Below, piece after piece: positions 26,696-44,957 of a stretch of DNA of 64,000 nt. Position 1 is the stretch's first letter. Every line of letters begins with the position of its first letter. Under the pieces are notes generated by a model. The model searched no databases. It saw nothing but the letters and a program-made list of their open reading frames with translations, and had not been told where the DNA came from. The translations under genes were made by a program, and so were the position numbers. This DNA is from Zygnema circumcarinatum SAG 698-1b. Lineage: Eukaryota > Plantae > Zygnematophyceae. The DNA lies in the NCBI GenBank assembly GCA_037447605.1, contig CM074816.1, positions 1,888,525-1,952,524 on the forward strand. The letters run 5' to 3'.

Positions 26696-27991
26696 ATCTG
26701 TTTTTTTTTTTCCCGTCTGCCCGCCTGGTAATTGTAGAGTTGCTATTGACGTCATGTGAACTGGAGTTCATGACGTCATGGTTTCTGGAAAGTGGGAGAG
26801 GCGAGTCTGCTGCGGCATAGGACAATTGGCGGATTGCAGGGTTTGGGTTCAGAGAAGCAGCCTGCTGAGAAGGAAACGATTTTTGTCGTGCCTGTAGCAA
26901 AAAGAAAAGTTTTTGTTATCAGGCTTTGCGTTTGGGAACGAAAATAGGGTTCAGCGGGGCAAATGTGCAATTTTTTGACGTTATGTATGTATGGTTCGGA
27001 ATCCTGGGGGGTCCTTGGGCGATTTATGCAAATCCTTCGCGTGAGTTTTGATCTGATCTAATCACCAGCTTGCATTTTTTTTTCGAAGACTTTCGGTTTC
27101 CAACAGTATGGAATGGAATGGGGAATGGCCGAATGGGCTTGATGTGGTTTAGGATGGAGTGCCCTTAGTCCTTGGTTCAAACATTGGACGCACAGATTCA
27201 CAAATCTTAAGATCACTTCAAATTGCATGCACGTATCGGCTGGCAAGGTTTTCGAATGAGACATTTTTTTTTTCACTTACGGGCTCTAAAAACGCACGGT
27301 TGGCTTTTTAAAAAACCACTCGTCAAGCTCAATTTTTGCTGAAGTTGCAAACCGACGCGTAAAGTTTTCCAACCTCCGAATCGAAGTTTTTCAACCAACT
27401 CCAACTGCTAGAGTTTCCCTGTTCACACGTGTAGGACTACATCAGCAGTGCTCAACCACGTCAGCAGAGTTGAAAGAAAGTTCACGAGGGTTGGACAGTG
27501 AAAACGCGCCCCACTTTCTAGATGCAGATTCGCTTTTTTCCTGTCAATTTTCAACGCTAGAGCGTAACTGTGCATGGAGACAGTAAAAGGCGCTTGCGCC
27601 TTCTGTGTACATACAGTGACTGAGTGAGCGAAGGGAAAAGGGCGGGCTCCTGCAAATGTAAATGTTTGTATTCGAAAAAGGGCTCGGCTCTCCCTCCGCA
27701 GTGAATGTATGGCGCCATTTTGAAGCTTCATATAGGCAACGGGGCGGGCGGACCTCAGCAGGAACGTTCCCATGACATTCCTCTACTGGACGTTTGGATG
27801 ATTCCCGTCTTCAAACCGTCAGAAAACTCCTTCAACCCTAACAGAATGTATCTGATGTAGTTTACGAGAAGCAGAAGCTTATTCGGAGCTAGCTCTCTCT
27901 CGACAGTTTTTGCTGAGGAGATGTGTTTTTTTTTGTACAATCTTCGTTAGGTGCGAGGGAGTTTGACAGTCGTTCAAGGCTGACATAGAGC

Positions 27992-30900
27992 ATGTCCGAA
28001 TCGCCTGGAGATCACGCAATGACTTGTCGGCCGGAAATGGACGGAGGAACGCCACAAGAGCTGACTCCTGCACAAAAGGAGCGAATGCTGTTGAACAAGA
28101 AAGATGCATTGGCACGTCGAAAATGTGCATTTGCATCAAATGGTTTCGAAAACACCAATCCTGGCTGGCGGACTGTGCAAAAACGTCCAGTTGATGAACC
28201 CGTAGCTCCTCCTTGTCAAAGACAAAAAGGACGTTCGCTTCCACCTAGTTTGCAGGAAACTCATGTGGAGGTGGCCAAGGCGCTTCCGTTGAAAAACAAA
28301 CAGCAGGTTCAGGACAGCCAAATGAAGCCTTCTATGGAGCAGATGAAAGCGCTGAGCGCAATAGCGCTTGGAAAGTCTGTTTTCCTTACAGGATCAGCTG
28401 GAACAGGCAAAAGTTTTGTTCTCCAATATGCAATTAGACAATTGAGGTGATTCACACCTTGTCATATATATTTTTCAGCCCAGGCTAGATGACCGACCTT
28501 GCTTGAACGCTTGAATGTCTATTTTGATCCGAGCAAACCTCGCAAGCTTTTTTGAAGGAAACCCGTTCGCTGTCTTGAAACTCTTAGATTGCTGGAGGCC
28601 CGTGCAGTAATAACGCCACTTTGCTCTTCCGCTGCAGGATTATGCATGGAACAGATGCTGTCTTTGTAACCGCGTCAACAGGCCTTGCCGCCTGCAGTAT
28701 TGGTGGGACGACCATACATTCCTTTGCTGGCATCGGTCTTGGATTGGAGCCTAAAGAAACTTTAGTCGATAAGGTGACCAGTAGGCGGGAAAGCAGGGGA
28801 AGATGGACAAGAGCAGCAGCGTTGGTGATTGATGAAATTTCGATGGTCGACGGCGAATTGTTTGTAAGTACGTGAACTTCAAAAACTTAAAAAAAAAAAA
28901 TGTCCGGAAGAGGAAAATGGACGATGGCAGTCATCGGTCCTTGCCTGTCAATCTTTAATTTTGTTGTTTTGAAACATCGTTAAGAAAACGGCTAAAAAAC
29001 AGGCCAAACGATGGGAGGTCTGAAAAATGATGCACAATATCCGAGTTTGCAATATGTCTGTTGAATTTATCCTCTATTACAACCAAAGCAACTTTCAGTC
29101 TGAGTGGCATTCAGATAACAATGCAGACAGCCCTTAGCGATTGTGTAATTTTGTGTCCCTGGCATCGAGAAATAAACAGGATTTTTCTGATGGTTCACCT
29201 TGTAGTTTTGAAGCGAGCTTTAGGGTGGCCTTTTGCAGGACAAGCTTGATTATATCGCCAGGCAGGTCCGAAAGAAGGACAAGCCCTTTGGCGGATTGCA
29301 GTTAGTGGTTACCGGAGACTTCTTCCAACTTCCACCAGTGAATGACAAGAATCGCCGCAAGATTTTCGCGTTTGAGGCTTCATGTTGGATGAGCTGCTTC
29401 CAGCTGAAGATCGAATTTAATGAAGTTTTCCGACAGACTGACAGTGGATTCATCTGCATGCTCAACGAGATTCGAAAGGGTCAATGCTCCTCATTGACAC
29501 TGAAGCGACTTCACGACTGCGCCAACTCAAAAATCAACACAGATGATGGTGTAATGCTGACAAAGCTGTACCCGAAAAAGGTGAATATTGAAGTTCGTCC
29601 GTTCTGCTTCTTGAGTCACTTTATGAGTCCGCGACAATGGCGGATAAACGCTCGTTCTGCTACTGATCGAAGACTGTTGCTGTTTCTGATGATACTGGCG
29701 TCCATAGAAACGATGGGCCCCTCATTGCAGAGTATTGCTGTCAAGGTATATGTGGAGAAGCCGAATGAGAGTCGCAATGAAAGTTTGTTTCATCAGTTTA
29801 TATTATCTTAAAAAAGCTGGACGTTGTTCAATTATTGGGGAGGTGCCTTTCACCTTCGGACGCCTCTTTTAAAGGGGACTTTTGGTTGTGCAGGTGGATG
29901 TGCAAAAAGAGAATGAAGAGAAACTCCAGAAGCTGAATGGACCTGAGATGATCTACAATGCAAAAGACACTGGCACAAATGAAAAAGCAATCGCACAGCT
30001 GAACAATACAGGTGCAGCAAAGGAGGTAGCATTGCGTGTAGGAGCTCAAGTGATGCTTGTGAAGGTGAGACATGTTTGCAATAAGTTTGAGCTTGCAGGA
30101 AGGTCATCGGCAGTTGGAGTTCTGTATTTAAGTGGTCCTGCTGGTTGGTTCGGGTTGATTTTTTCGCATGATCGTTATCATGCAGTACTTGGAGGGTCCA
30201 ACTTTCTACATATTCCTTTTTCCAATTTTGGTGCCTACAATCAAGTATACTCTTCGAGGAAGTCCTTATACAAGTTAGAATGTTTCATAGAGATTTTTCT
30301 CACTTCCTGAACATCTTCGTTAATGTCAAGAGATCAGCATAGAGCCTTACCTGTCCCTAACGCAATCCTGAATAATTCTGCTGTAAACTAAGGGAATGCT
30401 GCTTGCAGTGATCATGCCTAAGTTGTCCATTACTGTTAACCACGCTCCATGATTCTAACGACAAACAGCCTTTGATTGTTTCGACCATCCTTGGCGTCAA
30501 CTTTATCACTGACGTTCACTGTTGGAACTTTCATTCCTGTGTACCGCGGAGTTGCCTTTCTTTTGCAGAATCTTGATACTCAAGCCGGACTTGCAAACGG
30601 CGCAAGAGGAGTGGTGGTCGGTTTCTGTGATCCGAATGATCCGGGAGCAGCCCAGTGGAAGCATCTTGCTCCATCCATTAATCCCTCTGGAATGTGGCCT
30701 GTAGTGCGGTTCGCATCTCTTCAGGCAGAGTGCATTATCGGACCGGAGTCGTGGGGCATTGAAGAAGGGGGACTGGAGGTAGCCAAGAGATGTCAAGTGC
30801 CCTTAGCACTCGCATGGGCCCTCTCTGTCCACAAATGTCAAGGGATGACTCTTGATAGGATGGAAACAGACTTAAGTAATGCCTTCGATTACGGCATGGT

Positions 30901-31415
30901 CTACGTCGCGCTCTCCCGGGTGAAGTCCTTGGAGGGGCTGCGCGTACTTGGGTTTGACCCGTCAAAGATTAAGGTAAGAGCTTCTATCACTTCCCTTTTT
31001 TTTTTTTCCAATAGTTACTTTAAGAAACCGGTGTTCCAGGAACATTTTATCCTCCTTTGAGCATGACCACAATACGGTAATGCTACTAGTCCTAGCAGGT
31101 ATCAACACCAGCACCAGCACCAACTTTTGAGCTAAGGAAGATGCTTTATCTGGACATGAGTGCAACTGGAGGTAATCCCAAGTCCAGTGTGACTGCATTC
31201 CATAGCAATGTCTTTCTAGAGTGCAATAAAGAAAGAAATGCATAAGAAATGCAGTAAAGAAGGTTGCAGCAGTTCAGATGGAAGGTGGGATAAACGCCAC
31301 ATGATTGTAGGACATGAAAGTTAGTATAGCTTCTATTAATTTGCTGATTGTTTGATTGCCGCAGGTCCACTCTAAGGTGGCCCAGTTTTACGAAGAACTT
31401 GGCCAACCCCAGTGA
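27992..31415 (+). CDS. PIF1: Pif1-family 5'-3' DNA helicase (cellular type)
   Basis: Walker A FLTGSAGTGKS, TASTGLAA, GGTTIHSF, VIDEISM, Pif1 signature DKLDYIARQVRKKDKPFGGLQ, GDFFQLPPV, FRQ, GAQVMLVKN, AWALSVHKCQGMTLD, YVALSRV. Six exons; stop at 31413-31415. No Helitron Rep domain. Confidence 0.95.
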
Positions 31416-32496
31416 GAAGGCGAAGTCTCCCCACACTCCTCTCCCCCTCGTCGTCCTCCACCTCCTCACCTTCCCGCCTCCCCCTCCCCTACCTCCTCTG
31501 CTTCTGCCCAACCTTCTTCCCTCCATTCCCCACCAGTCCTTCCCACTCCCATGATAGGCAACTTTATCAAAGGGAACCTGACTTCAATCCTTCATCCGGA
31601 GTTCCAGCTCAGTGTATTTTCAAGGCTGCAGAAAACCTTCGCAGTCTGCTGCTTGAAACGGAGCATTTCAAGCTGAAGACTCCACAGGCTCCAAGTAATA
31701 GAGAGTGCTGTGCTGTATCTTGCTCGTAAGAGGACCTTGCGTTCCAATTGTTTACTGGTCTGCAGCGGTCCCTAAAGTTATTCTTGCAGCCCTTCACATT
31801 CGTAGGCGCTTGGGGTGACTTTAGAGTGCCACTCCTACACTCCACAGAGGTTGAACTTTGTTGTTATGAAGTTCGTTATTTGTACAGGAAGAAAACGACG
31901 CGTCGAAACTAGTTCACATAGAACTGACGGTTACTTTACCGAGCACGAAAGTGAAGATATTTTTGCCTCCTCTATCCGGAATAGAATGTTATGGTTAATT
32001 TTGATTTTCCAATCTGCATCTTTAAAAAAATTACATCCATTGTCACATCAGCCAATCAGGAGCCGCGAATGGCTTTCTATCTGCTCATCAGCCAATAGGA
32101 AGCAAGGTGAAAATTTTGGTTTCGTCTGACCCTGGTCAGTAATTACATTCCAAAAGTAATTACTTTATTAATCCCCAAGCCTCGAATTTCCCCGTTATTG
32201 TATCCGCCAATCAGAAGCGAGAACGATGCTAACGTGGAACGCTATCCGTTGGAAGATTCATGTGGCCGCGTGGCGGCTGTCCACGTGGCGATGCCGAAAT
32301 CCTCAGTGGCCAATCGTGGCGCAGCGCGGTCAGTGATGTTGCGGAAGCCCTACATAAGCGATCCCGCCGGCCTCTACATCATTCCTTGGACCGAGGAGGG
32401 AGGTTCAGGAAGGAGAAGGTGCCGTCTACGGGCAACACATTTGCAAGACGGACTGTCGTGGTTGGAGTTTCTGAAGGCCTGCAAGCTTCTTCAGCC

Positions 32497-35388
32497 ATGG
32501 CTGCGATGGCGATCTCTGGAGCTATGGCGGCGACCGTGCCGTCGCAGGTGGCCCTGCAGGCGACCACTGTATCAGCAGGGAAGTCGCGGGCACTGGTTGC
32601 TTCATTCCCGGCGACCAAGCTGCAGGGTTCAGCATTCGTTGCAAGCGAGAGCTTTGGAGTCGCAGCGTCTCGCTCCAGGGTGTCCATGGCGGCAGAGGCT
32701 GGAACTAAGGATAAGATGAGGACTGGAGCGAAGGAACCTAGTCAGGAAACGCTTTTGACTCCAAGGTTCTATACGACAGACTTCGATGAAATGGAAAGGG
32801 TGAGTATGGAACATAGGACAGGGCCTCGAACCAGCTCGGTCGTTATCTCCCTCCAGGAACGTTCACCCTCGCTAAGTGAATATGGAATGCAGCTAGACAA
32901 CTTGAATGCCTACTCTGCACTACCAGGCTTTTAGCACGGTTAGCAGCTGTGGACTCAGAGCTGTTTGCGAATATTTTATGACTGAAGAGTTCAGGTTGTG
33001 GCCTCCCTGGACAGATGTTCAACACTGAGATCAACGGCAAGCTGAACGAAGCAGAGTTCGATTCCCTTCTTCAGGAGTTCCAGACTGACTACAATCAGAA
33101 GCATTTCGTTCGGGACCCTGCCTTTAAGGCCGCTGCAGAACAGATTCAGGGGCCAACTAGACAAATTTTTGTCGAGTTTTTGGAGCGATCCTGCACTGCT
33201 GAGTTTTCTGGCTTCCTCCTTTACAAAGAGCTCGGCAGGCGCCTGAAGGTACTGCTGGCCCCCCCTTTTTGAAGTTCAAGTGTGTGTAAACGCTTGAACT
33301 ATCTGTACTACCCAAGCAATTTCTATCCTCTGACATGTAACTAGTTAGGGCAACTAGTTCTGGTTTGACTTTGGTTTTACTTTGGCATTACTAAGCTTTG
33401 AGTGTTCAAGGCTTATGTTGGTCGAGCACACATGTGTTATCTTGTTGAATGCTTTAAGATTTTCTTGTACGTAATTTTTTCTTTCTGTACCTTTTTATTT
33501 TGCCCGTGCCAATATGTGGAGGCTTAGGACATTGGCATTCTTCGCCAGATCTGATATTGGTTTTCAGCTCTCGCATAACAGCATCTTTGATAGTGCGCTG
33601 CTCGGATTCTCATAGTACCGTGGAAGTAGGAATGTTTCATTTATCATGTGTGATGCTGTTTTCTGAGTAAGTGATATTTTCTCTGCAGAAAACGAACCCT
33701 ATTGTTGCTGAGATCTTCACACTGATGTCTCGGGATGAGGCACGCCACGCAGGGTAAGCGTGTGCTGCCCTTGATGATGAAAACCTCGTTTGTTTCTTCA
33801 AAATTCAAATCCAAATTTTCTAATATTCAAGTCTTAGTCTTTTGGTGCAGATGTGTTAGAGGTCCATTGAGTCTCTCTTATGCTGCCTATTTTACAAAGT
33901 TGTTCAGCTTCGGTGAGATGATCCCGTCGTAATGATTTCTTTGCTTGGCATCCTCGGATTGTGAGTTTTTATTGAAATCACTCTATCAGGAAGTCTGATT
34001 CCGTTGAGTTCCAATTTTTTGCAGATTCTTGAACAAAGCCATGTCCGACTTCAATCTTGCCTTGGACCTTGGATTTTTGACGAAGGCTCGGAAGTATACC
34101 TTCTTCAAGCCTCAGTTCATCTTCTATGCCACATATCTATCGGAGAAGATTGGCTACTGGCGTTACATCACTATCTATAGACACTTGCAGACTCACCCCG
34201 AGTACCAGGTGAGCTTTTGTAACTCCTTTTATGTCAATGAATTCGTGATCTAGCTTTACTGTTGTATAAATATATTGCGTAGCAGTTAATTCATTACTGC
34301 AATTTTGCAAAATCAGATGGCAGTTCTCCTTACAGCCCTCGATGTGTTTCTCCTCCGTTCTCGTTTGCTTTATCTCTCCTCTCTTAATGCTGATGTCATG
34401 GCTGTCCTCGGGCTCTACTTTGGTTCTGCTTCCTCTTATTCTGGTTTGTTTTTCGATTTTTTGTCATTCAGCTGTACCCTATTTTTGCCAAGTTCGAGAA
34501 CTGGTGTCAGGATGAGAACAGACATGGAGATTTTTTCTCTGCGCTTTTGAAAGCTCAGCCTCAGTTCATTAATGACTGGAAGGCAAAGCTCTGGGCTCGG
34601 TTCTTCTGCCTGTCTGTAAGTGTACTTCACTTGCTATACCTACTGTGAGGTCTATCCGGTTTGTATAGAGCTATTCAACTTCATAGAAATTCCAGCGCAC
34701 GACCTTGTTTGTGATCAGCCTCTGTTGTAGCTGATGTCTTACCCGGTGATTCACGGGACTGCAGGTCTACGTCACGATGTATTTGAATGACACCCAGAGA
34801 TCTGCTTTTTACGAATCTTTGGGGCTTGACACGAAGCAATTCGACATGCATGTCATCATTGAGGTGATCTCCTGAACAGAGATACCATGGTCGGTCTAAC
34901 TGGAAATGCACATGCATGCAGCAGTAGTACGCAAGTAGCGAGAAATAGTTGCTTGGCATTCTGTTGTCCTCATTTTGTTCTTTTCTTTCCCTCACTTCCT
35001 TTCCGTCCCGCTTCATCTCCTTCCTCACTCACTTCTTCAGCCTCGGTGGTCGGTTAGTCTTTTCCGTACCTTATTGGAATGCTGTCGCTGAATGATTGAC
35101 GTATGTCTCCCTCTGAACGTGCAGACCAACAAAACCACTGCTAGAATATTCCCTGCCGTCCTTGACGTGGAGAACCCCGAGTTCCAGCAGAGGCTAGACA
35201 AGCTGGTGGTTCTCAACCAGAAGTTGATCGATATTGGAGAGAGCGACGCTCCCGACGCCCTCAAGAACATCCAGAGGATCCCCACCCTCTCTGCCTTTGT
35301 GGGAGAGCTTTTGGCGCTCTACTTGATGAAACCTGTGGACTCGGGGTCGCTGGACTTTGCAGATTTCGAGCCACAAGTGGTCTACTAA
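32497..35388 (+). CDS. CHL27: Mg-protoporphyrin IX monomethyl ester oxidative cyclase, chloroplast precursor
   Basis: Transit-peptide-like N-terminus, [69 protein letters not shown]. Seven exons; stop at 35386-35388. Confidence 0.97.
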
Positions 35389-36442
35389 ATGGGGTCTGGT
35401 CAAATAGAGAGACTCTTTTAACTTATGTTTGGAGGTTCCTGTAAAAAGAAAAGCTTCTGTACGATGTAGACTGTTTTCCATAATAAAGCCTCTTTGAATG
35501 AGGGCGTTTCTATATTGCCATTGCGGTTGTACTGACTTTCCAGCGGCGTACTGTTTCTAGGAGTCTGTTGTTGTGAATGTTACAACTAAACTTCTATGTT
35601 GTGTTTTGCTCAATATTTGGGATGTCTCTTGGTTATGTTAAGCGAAGGTTCATTCCGTGACTCGTCGCATATCTTTAGGGTTTTTTCTTGGTTTTTGAAC
35701 GAGTGTGAGTCTGTCTGCCTGGGTCTCTTCTCCATTGCAAGAAGCTCGCGCTGCGGGCAAAATCGCTGGGTTCAAGCACCTTCAAACCCTCCCCCATTGG
35801 ACACATGTCAGTTATTCATCGACCCTCTCATTCTAAGTCCCAATCAGCCTCTCATGAGCAAACGATTAAGGTGTTTTCTGCACCTTGGCTGGCTTTAGTC
35901 AGTCACCATCTCATGCAAATGATTAGCCAAAAAGATGGACCATATGGTTAACCACATGGGCAATGTTTTTTCCGCCTTGGCTAACTAAAGTCAGTCACCG
36001 CGGGGATCGTGAGACTTGGAATGTCGGTCGGTCGGTGAATCATTTTGTCGGCGGATGACGGTCGCGATGCCGCAGTGCGTATGTTGCCGTACTCGATACT
36101 GAACGATAATATCGGCATCAAAATACCGTGGAAGTTGGCTTATACGAGCCGATACGATACAAAGCCTCCAGCGAGTATAGCCAAAAGCAAGACCTTCGAT
36201 ATCCGAGAATGAATGCCGCCATATGTGGATGGCTTAAATAAGGAGAAAGCCCGTTTCTGAGCTCCAATGGCGATAAAATAAAATAAAAAAGGAAACAAAA
36301 TGACTATTTTTTATAAACCGATACAGCTCCAATACGAATAATACACCTTTACAGGGCTGACAATAGGTCGTTCACATTAATCTCTCGCATGGAGCGGTCC
36401 TCTTGACTTCACTTCCTGCTGCGAGATGCCTAAAATCGATGC

Positions 36443-38600
36443 TCAAAAAGATTGGTAAAGCCCTAAATTCCTCATTTCCCGCTCCTCTGTGCGCCTTCGA
36501 GCTGCCTCCCGAGCCTCTCGAGCTGCCGCTTCCTCTGCAGAAAGAGGCCCTCCGCCTCTGTCCTTCCGCTTACTACCTGAAGCCGTCACTGCCACGGCTG
36601 AAGCCACCCCTCGACCCAGCCTCCCTGGAACTGCAGGCTCCTTCTTGACAGGGCCAGGGGCAGCTGAAGTTTGAGAGAAGCCCATATTGGAGGTCGATGC
36701 AGAATCTATGAGCATTTTGGAAGCCGAAGCCCCGGAAGCGTGCCCTCCTGCAGCGGCGTGTTTTGAAGTAGCAGCGGCAGCTGCTGAGTGTTGTGATGAT
36801 GCCTGCATAGCCTCGGCCTGAGTGGTCCACCGCCCTGCCACGTGTATACACGATTGAACTCATCAAAAGTGGATTCCTATTCAAGATAGACGAAGTGTTG
36901 CCTGGCATTCTGACCGATTTTGAAGAGTATGAACATTCGCTGTAGTAATCGTTTCATTACAAGGTGCTTCTCTCTGAACAAGTGTCTGTCAGGGCATCAT
37001 ACACACCTAAAATGCTGGTGTAGTAAAGACCAGAGTCGGGGTCGTAGTAGTACCCAGTTGCTGCATTATAGTAGTATCCAGATCCCTCAGCCTGCACCCA
37101 CTCTGTCCAATCTCTCTCCAAAGTCAGTACAAAGCGTGAGAGCTTTGCTAAGTTTTCACCTCTACTCTCCGAATGGGTTTCTCGCTGCCTCTTATTCCCC
37201 TCCACCGCTGCCTTCTCCCCATAATTCTTCCTTCGTACTCTCTCATCCACTCTCCTTATATCGCCCATTACAAATTGCAAGGTTCACTTCACAGTCCAAA
37301 CATCATGCGTAAATGGCTCTCACCTTCAGAGGAAGGGCCACCGGAAGGTTCAGCTCTTGAGTATTCCGCTGTTTGCATGGGCTCTACCGTTGCATCAAAG
37401 AAGGCTGCTGCCTGTGCCTGCTGATGTTGTTCTGCCGCTTGTCTGTCTTTGTCATACTGCCGCTGAGCAGCCTGCACTCCGTACAATGACGCGAATACAC
37501 AAGAGTTCAGATCCTTTACCAGAAACAGACAAAACTCAGCAAACACAGTCAGTAACTTGAAACACTGGAAACTTCTAAGGAACGAATGGAGTTTTAGAAG
37601 TCATAACGCCACTACCCCACTTCCAATTTACATGCTTCCCGACATACTTTCAAGTTTTATTCAAGCATGCCATCTTTCTTCTGAGGACCTACCGCTTCAA
37701 TCTGTCGCATATCCCGCTCCGCTTGCTTCTTCTGCGCATCTTCTGCGATTGCGCCCTTCCGAATGGCAGCCAACCGGCGTGTCACGTTGTCCTTGTGCCG
37801 CTGCCCATACTCGTGCATCCGAATGCTGGCTGCATTGTTGGCTATGAAAATGTGACAATGCTCGCACCATTTGTTCCCCTGGCTTACCCAATACTGTAAT
37901 TCCCGACACAAAGAAGGGCCCAACAGAGAAACAACTGGTTGAGCTTCTGAAACTGGCCATCAACTACATGAACAAGATTTGAAGCTTTGTTCTCCTGTTG
38001 TTTCCAGTCCGGAACTCACTAAACGTGCACGTGCGAAGTAACTGATAAGGCGTATCACACGTGAATCTAACTCTCCGAACAGCCGAACATTTCCGGAAGT
38101 TAGCATTGGCATCACATCATTTCACTTTACAGAATTCTTATGCAGTACATTGAGATGATCCTGACCAATGCATGATGCTGAACGCTGAAAAGTTCATTGC
38201 AGTCATCACTTACTACCTCAGCTTTGCGAGAAAAAGCATTTTTTGGGTATATGCATCAAGCTTTTGGAACCTCTGAGAACTCTAGAAAGTCAACTAATCA
38301 GTTGCAAAAGGGTCACTACTTGAGCGTTAAGGGTGGTTGCTGAAACTTTCAAGATACACAGAGACCCTCAGTTGTAGGAGCTGTCGACACCCTCATTTCA
38401 TACAACTTCCAGCTAATAAGCATAAAAGAAGTAAGCAAACATCCAAGGGCAGCTTGATGCCCGCAACATCTCTGAGACATCTTAGCTCACTACAATCATT
38501 GATACACATTCCTTCAATCAAAATACAATATGGCAACTGAATCTGACTTAATCCGAAACAATGACCAGGATGAAGGAGAGCACGTACCAACCTCCGTCAT
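36443..38600 (-). CDS. ZOP1: U1-type zinc finger and OCRE domain protein (ZOP1-like splicing factor)
   Basis: A 9-bp first coding segment MTE (38592-38600) splices to YWVSQGNKWCEHCHIFI..H..G.RH. OCRE repeat GYYYNAATGYYYDPDSGLYY. C-terminal EEAAAREAREAARRR..LGLY. Confidence 0.88.
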
Positions 38601-38953
38601 TTTTAAGGAGAAGAAGAAATATTAGGGTCTGAGTAGATTAGAGCTTCAAATCCTTCCCCTCCCTCCCTCCCTCCAGCACAGACCGCCTAAAACTTCTCAG
38701 TCCTCGCTAGGGTTGGAGGCATCATCCGGATCCAATTCGTGCCCGAGTATGCCCTGCGGGTCTCCGGGGCCACTCGAGCTCGGTACATGTGACAGTTCCG
38801 TATGTCCATGGCCGAAATAAGCTCGCAGTTAAGCTCCAGAATGTGAAACGCGATATCGGCCATGAAAATCAGTTGCAGTAAAACTGGCGGTCATTTCCGT
38901 AGCCGTCGGTCAGAACGGAACATTTTTGACGTTTCTGTGTTCAAACTGTGCAA

Positions 38954-39066
38954 CCCTAACCCTAAATCCTCATCCCAAACCCTAATTCTGCAGGGCTGAG
39001 CCCTAACCCTAACCCTAATTCTAACCCGAACTTTGGCCTCACCCTACTCCTAACCCTAACCCTGTA
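38954..39066. repeat. Degenerate telomere-like (CCCTAA)n tract
   Basis: aaccctaaccctaa-type units upstream of the acceptor at 39176. Confidence 0.78.
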
Positions 39067-39185
39067 ACTAAATAAGAGCCTAGCTTCATTCAATAAGCAT
39101 TATTTCTGCACTTTTTTTGCACTTTTAATCTCATCACCTACATTTCTCCCCCAGAAGGCAAGTCTCATTTCTGCAGCTGGCAGCA

Positions 39186-43603
<4,418 letters not shown>

Positions 43604-44957
43604 GCTGATCGTTTTTTTCTTTTTTGTTTTCATCACTTTTTTGCGGCCCAATTAATGCACAATGCTTTAATTATTTTTGGAATAAGAATTTTTGCGATTA
43701 TTCCCTCATCTAGCTTAATTCTCTTAATTTATTTGATTGACTGAGGGTTTTCTAGCTTCACCGGCGCCCCCACACTGACTACAGTTAGTAGTTGCACTAG
43801 AGAGGAAGCTCCATTTCAATGAAGGTCACAACGCGGACATTCAAACTTGAGGGGGGGTAATGTAGAGTGACGCTGCGTATGAACTAAGGCCGTATCCGTA
43901 ACGGCGTACCTTTCAAGGAGCCGTACTGAGCAGAATTGTTCACACATGCGAACAACTCCCCTGAACCCTCCGCTGAGGTTCATATTCAAATGAATTGGTA
44001 TAATTATTCCTGACGCTGCAAACGAACAGCCTATTAGTATTACTACGTTTTACGAGCACACCGCCGTTTTATTGATAGAATTATTTTGTGAAGCAGGCAA
44101 GAGTAGAAACTGCCTATCGGTTGATGCTTTGCTACTGCCACGGATTACATTCCTATCAGGAGCATGGCTCTGCATGCCATGCATACCAAAGCGCATGGCT
44201 GCACCGCATGCCATGCCGCCTAACGTGATGACGCCCGGGTCAAGGCATGAAAGCCACGCAGCCAACCGTGGAGACGGGGTGGCGCTTACTGAAGCTTCTC
44301 AGTAAGATCTCGCCCGGTCCTTATGGCAGTATAAGGTTCAACAGGGGGGGCGTATACGGAGTCAATGACAGAGCACCAAGGCCCTGTCACTCCACTGGCA
44401 TTCGGAGATCGTAGGATCTGCTTCATCACTGTCAAGTTGCCAACGATAGGGCCAACGACGGACATAGAGCCTGTGATGGTGACTAGAAGGAGAACCGAAC
44501 ATTAGAGATAAGCGGTCCATTTGATGCCAAACAATGGAACATATTTTAAAGATTATTAGAGAGTACGAATTGGAGCCCGTAAAATCCTAGAGAGGGGGTT
44601 TAGGGCAAAGGCTAGGTTGGATGGTGAGAGTATTTTGTTTTGAGTTTAGCGATTTTTAACATCAGTCCCATTAATATCGTAGCCAAAACAACTATATCGT
44701 ACATGACAGCAAGGTTTCTCCTCACCATTCCACACTGAAGAACATGAAAACGACTCTCCAGGCCCAACGGATGTCACAGAAACTGTGGACATGTGAACTT
44801 GACACTTGCAACCCATGCTCAATGGTTTCACAGCACAGGGCATGAAATGTATGATTGCAGAGTGCAACACACGTCCATACATTGAGGTTAGAAATGAAAA
44901 AAGAAAACTTAAGGAACCCGAAGACCCCTAAAACGTATTGAGAGAGGGCAGCAGCAG

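Noticed and set aside
26748-26782. Small palindrome with two TGACGTCA sites downstream of GGH2
   Set aside because: Real but short, in a 3' flank, and with no supporting context.
26993-27010. ggttcggaatcc resembling a tRNA T-loop
   Set aside because: No cloverleaf stems or A-box in the flanks.
27992-31415. Helitron interpretation of the Pif1 gene
   Set aside because: There is no Rep/HUH domain or Helitron termini; the gene is intron-containing with cellular Pif1 motifs.
35883-36360. Intergenic region with a ~23-bp direct repeat and gatac-rich motifs, possible MITE
   Set aside because: No terminal inverted repeats or TSD could be identified.
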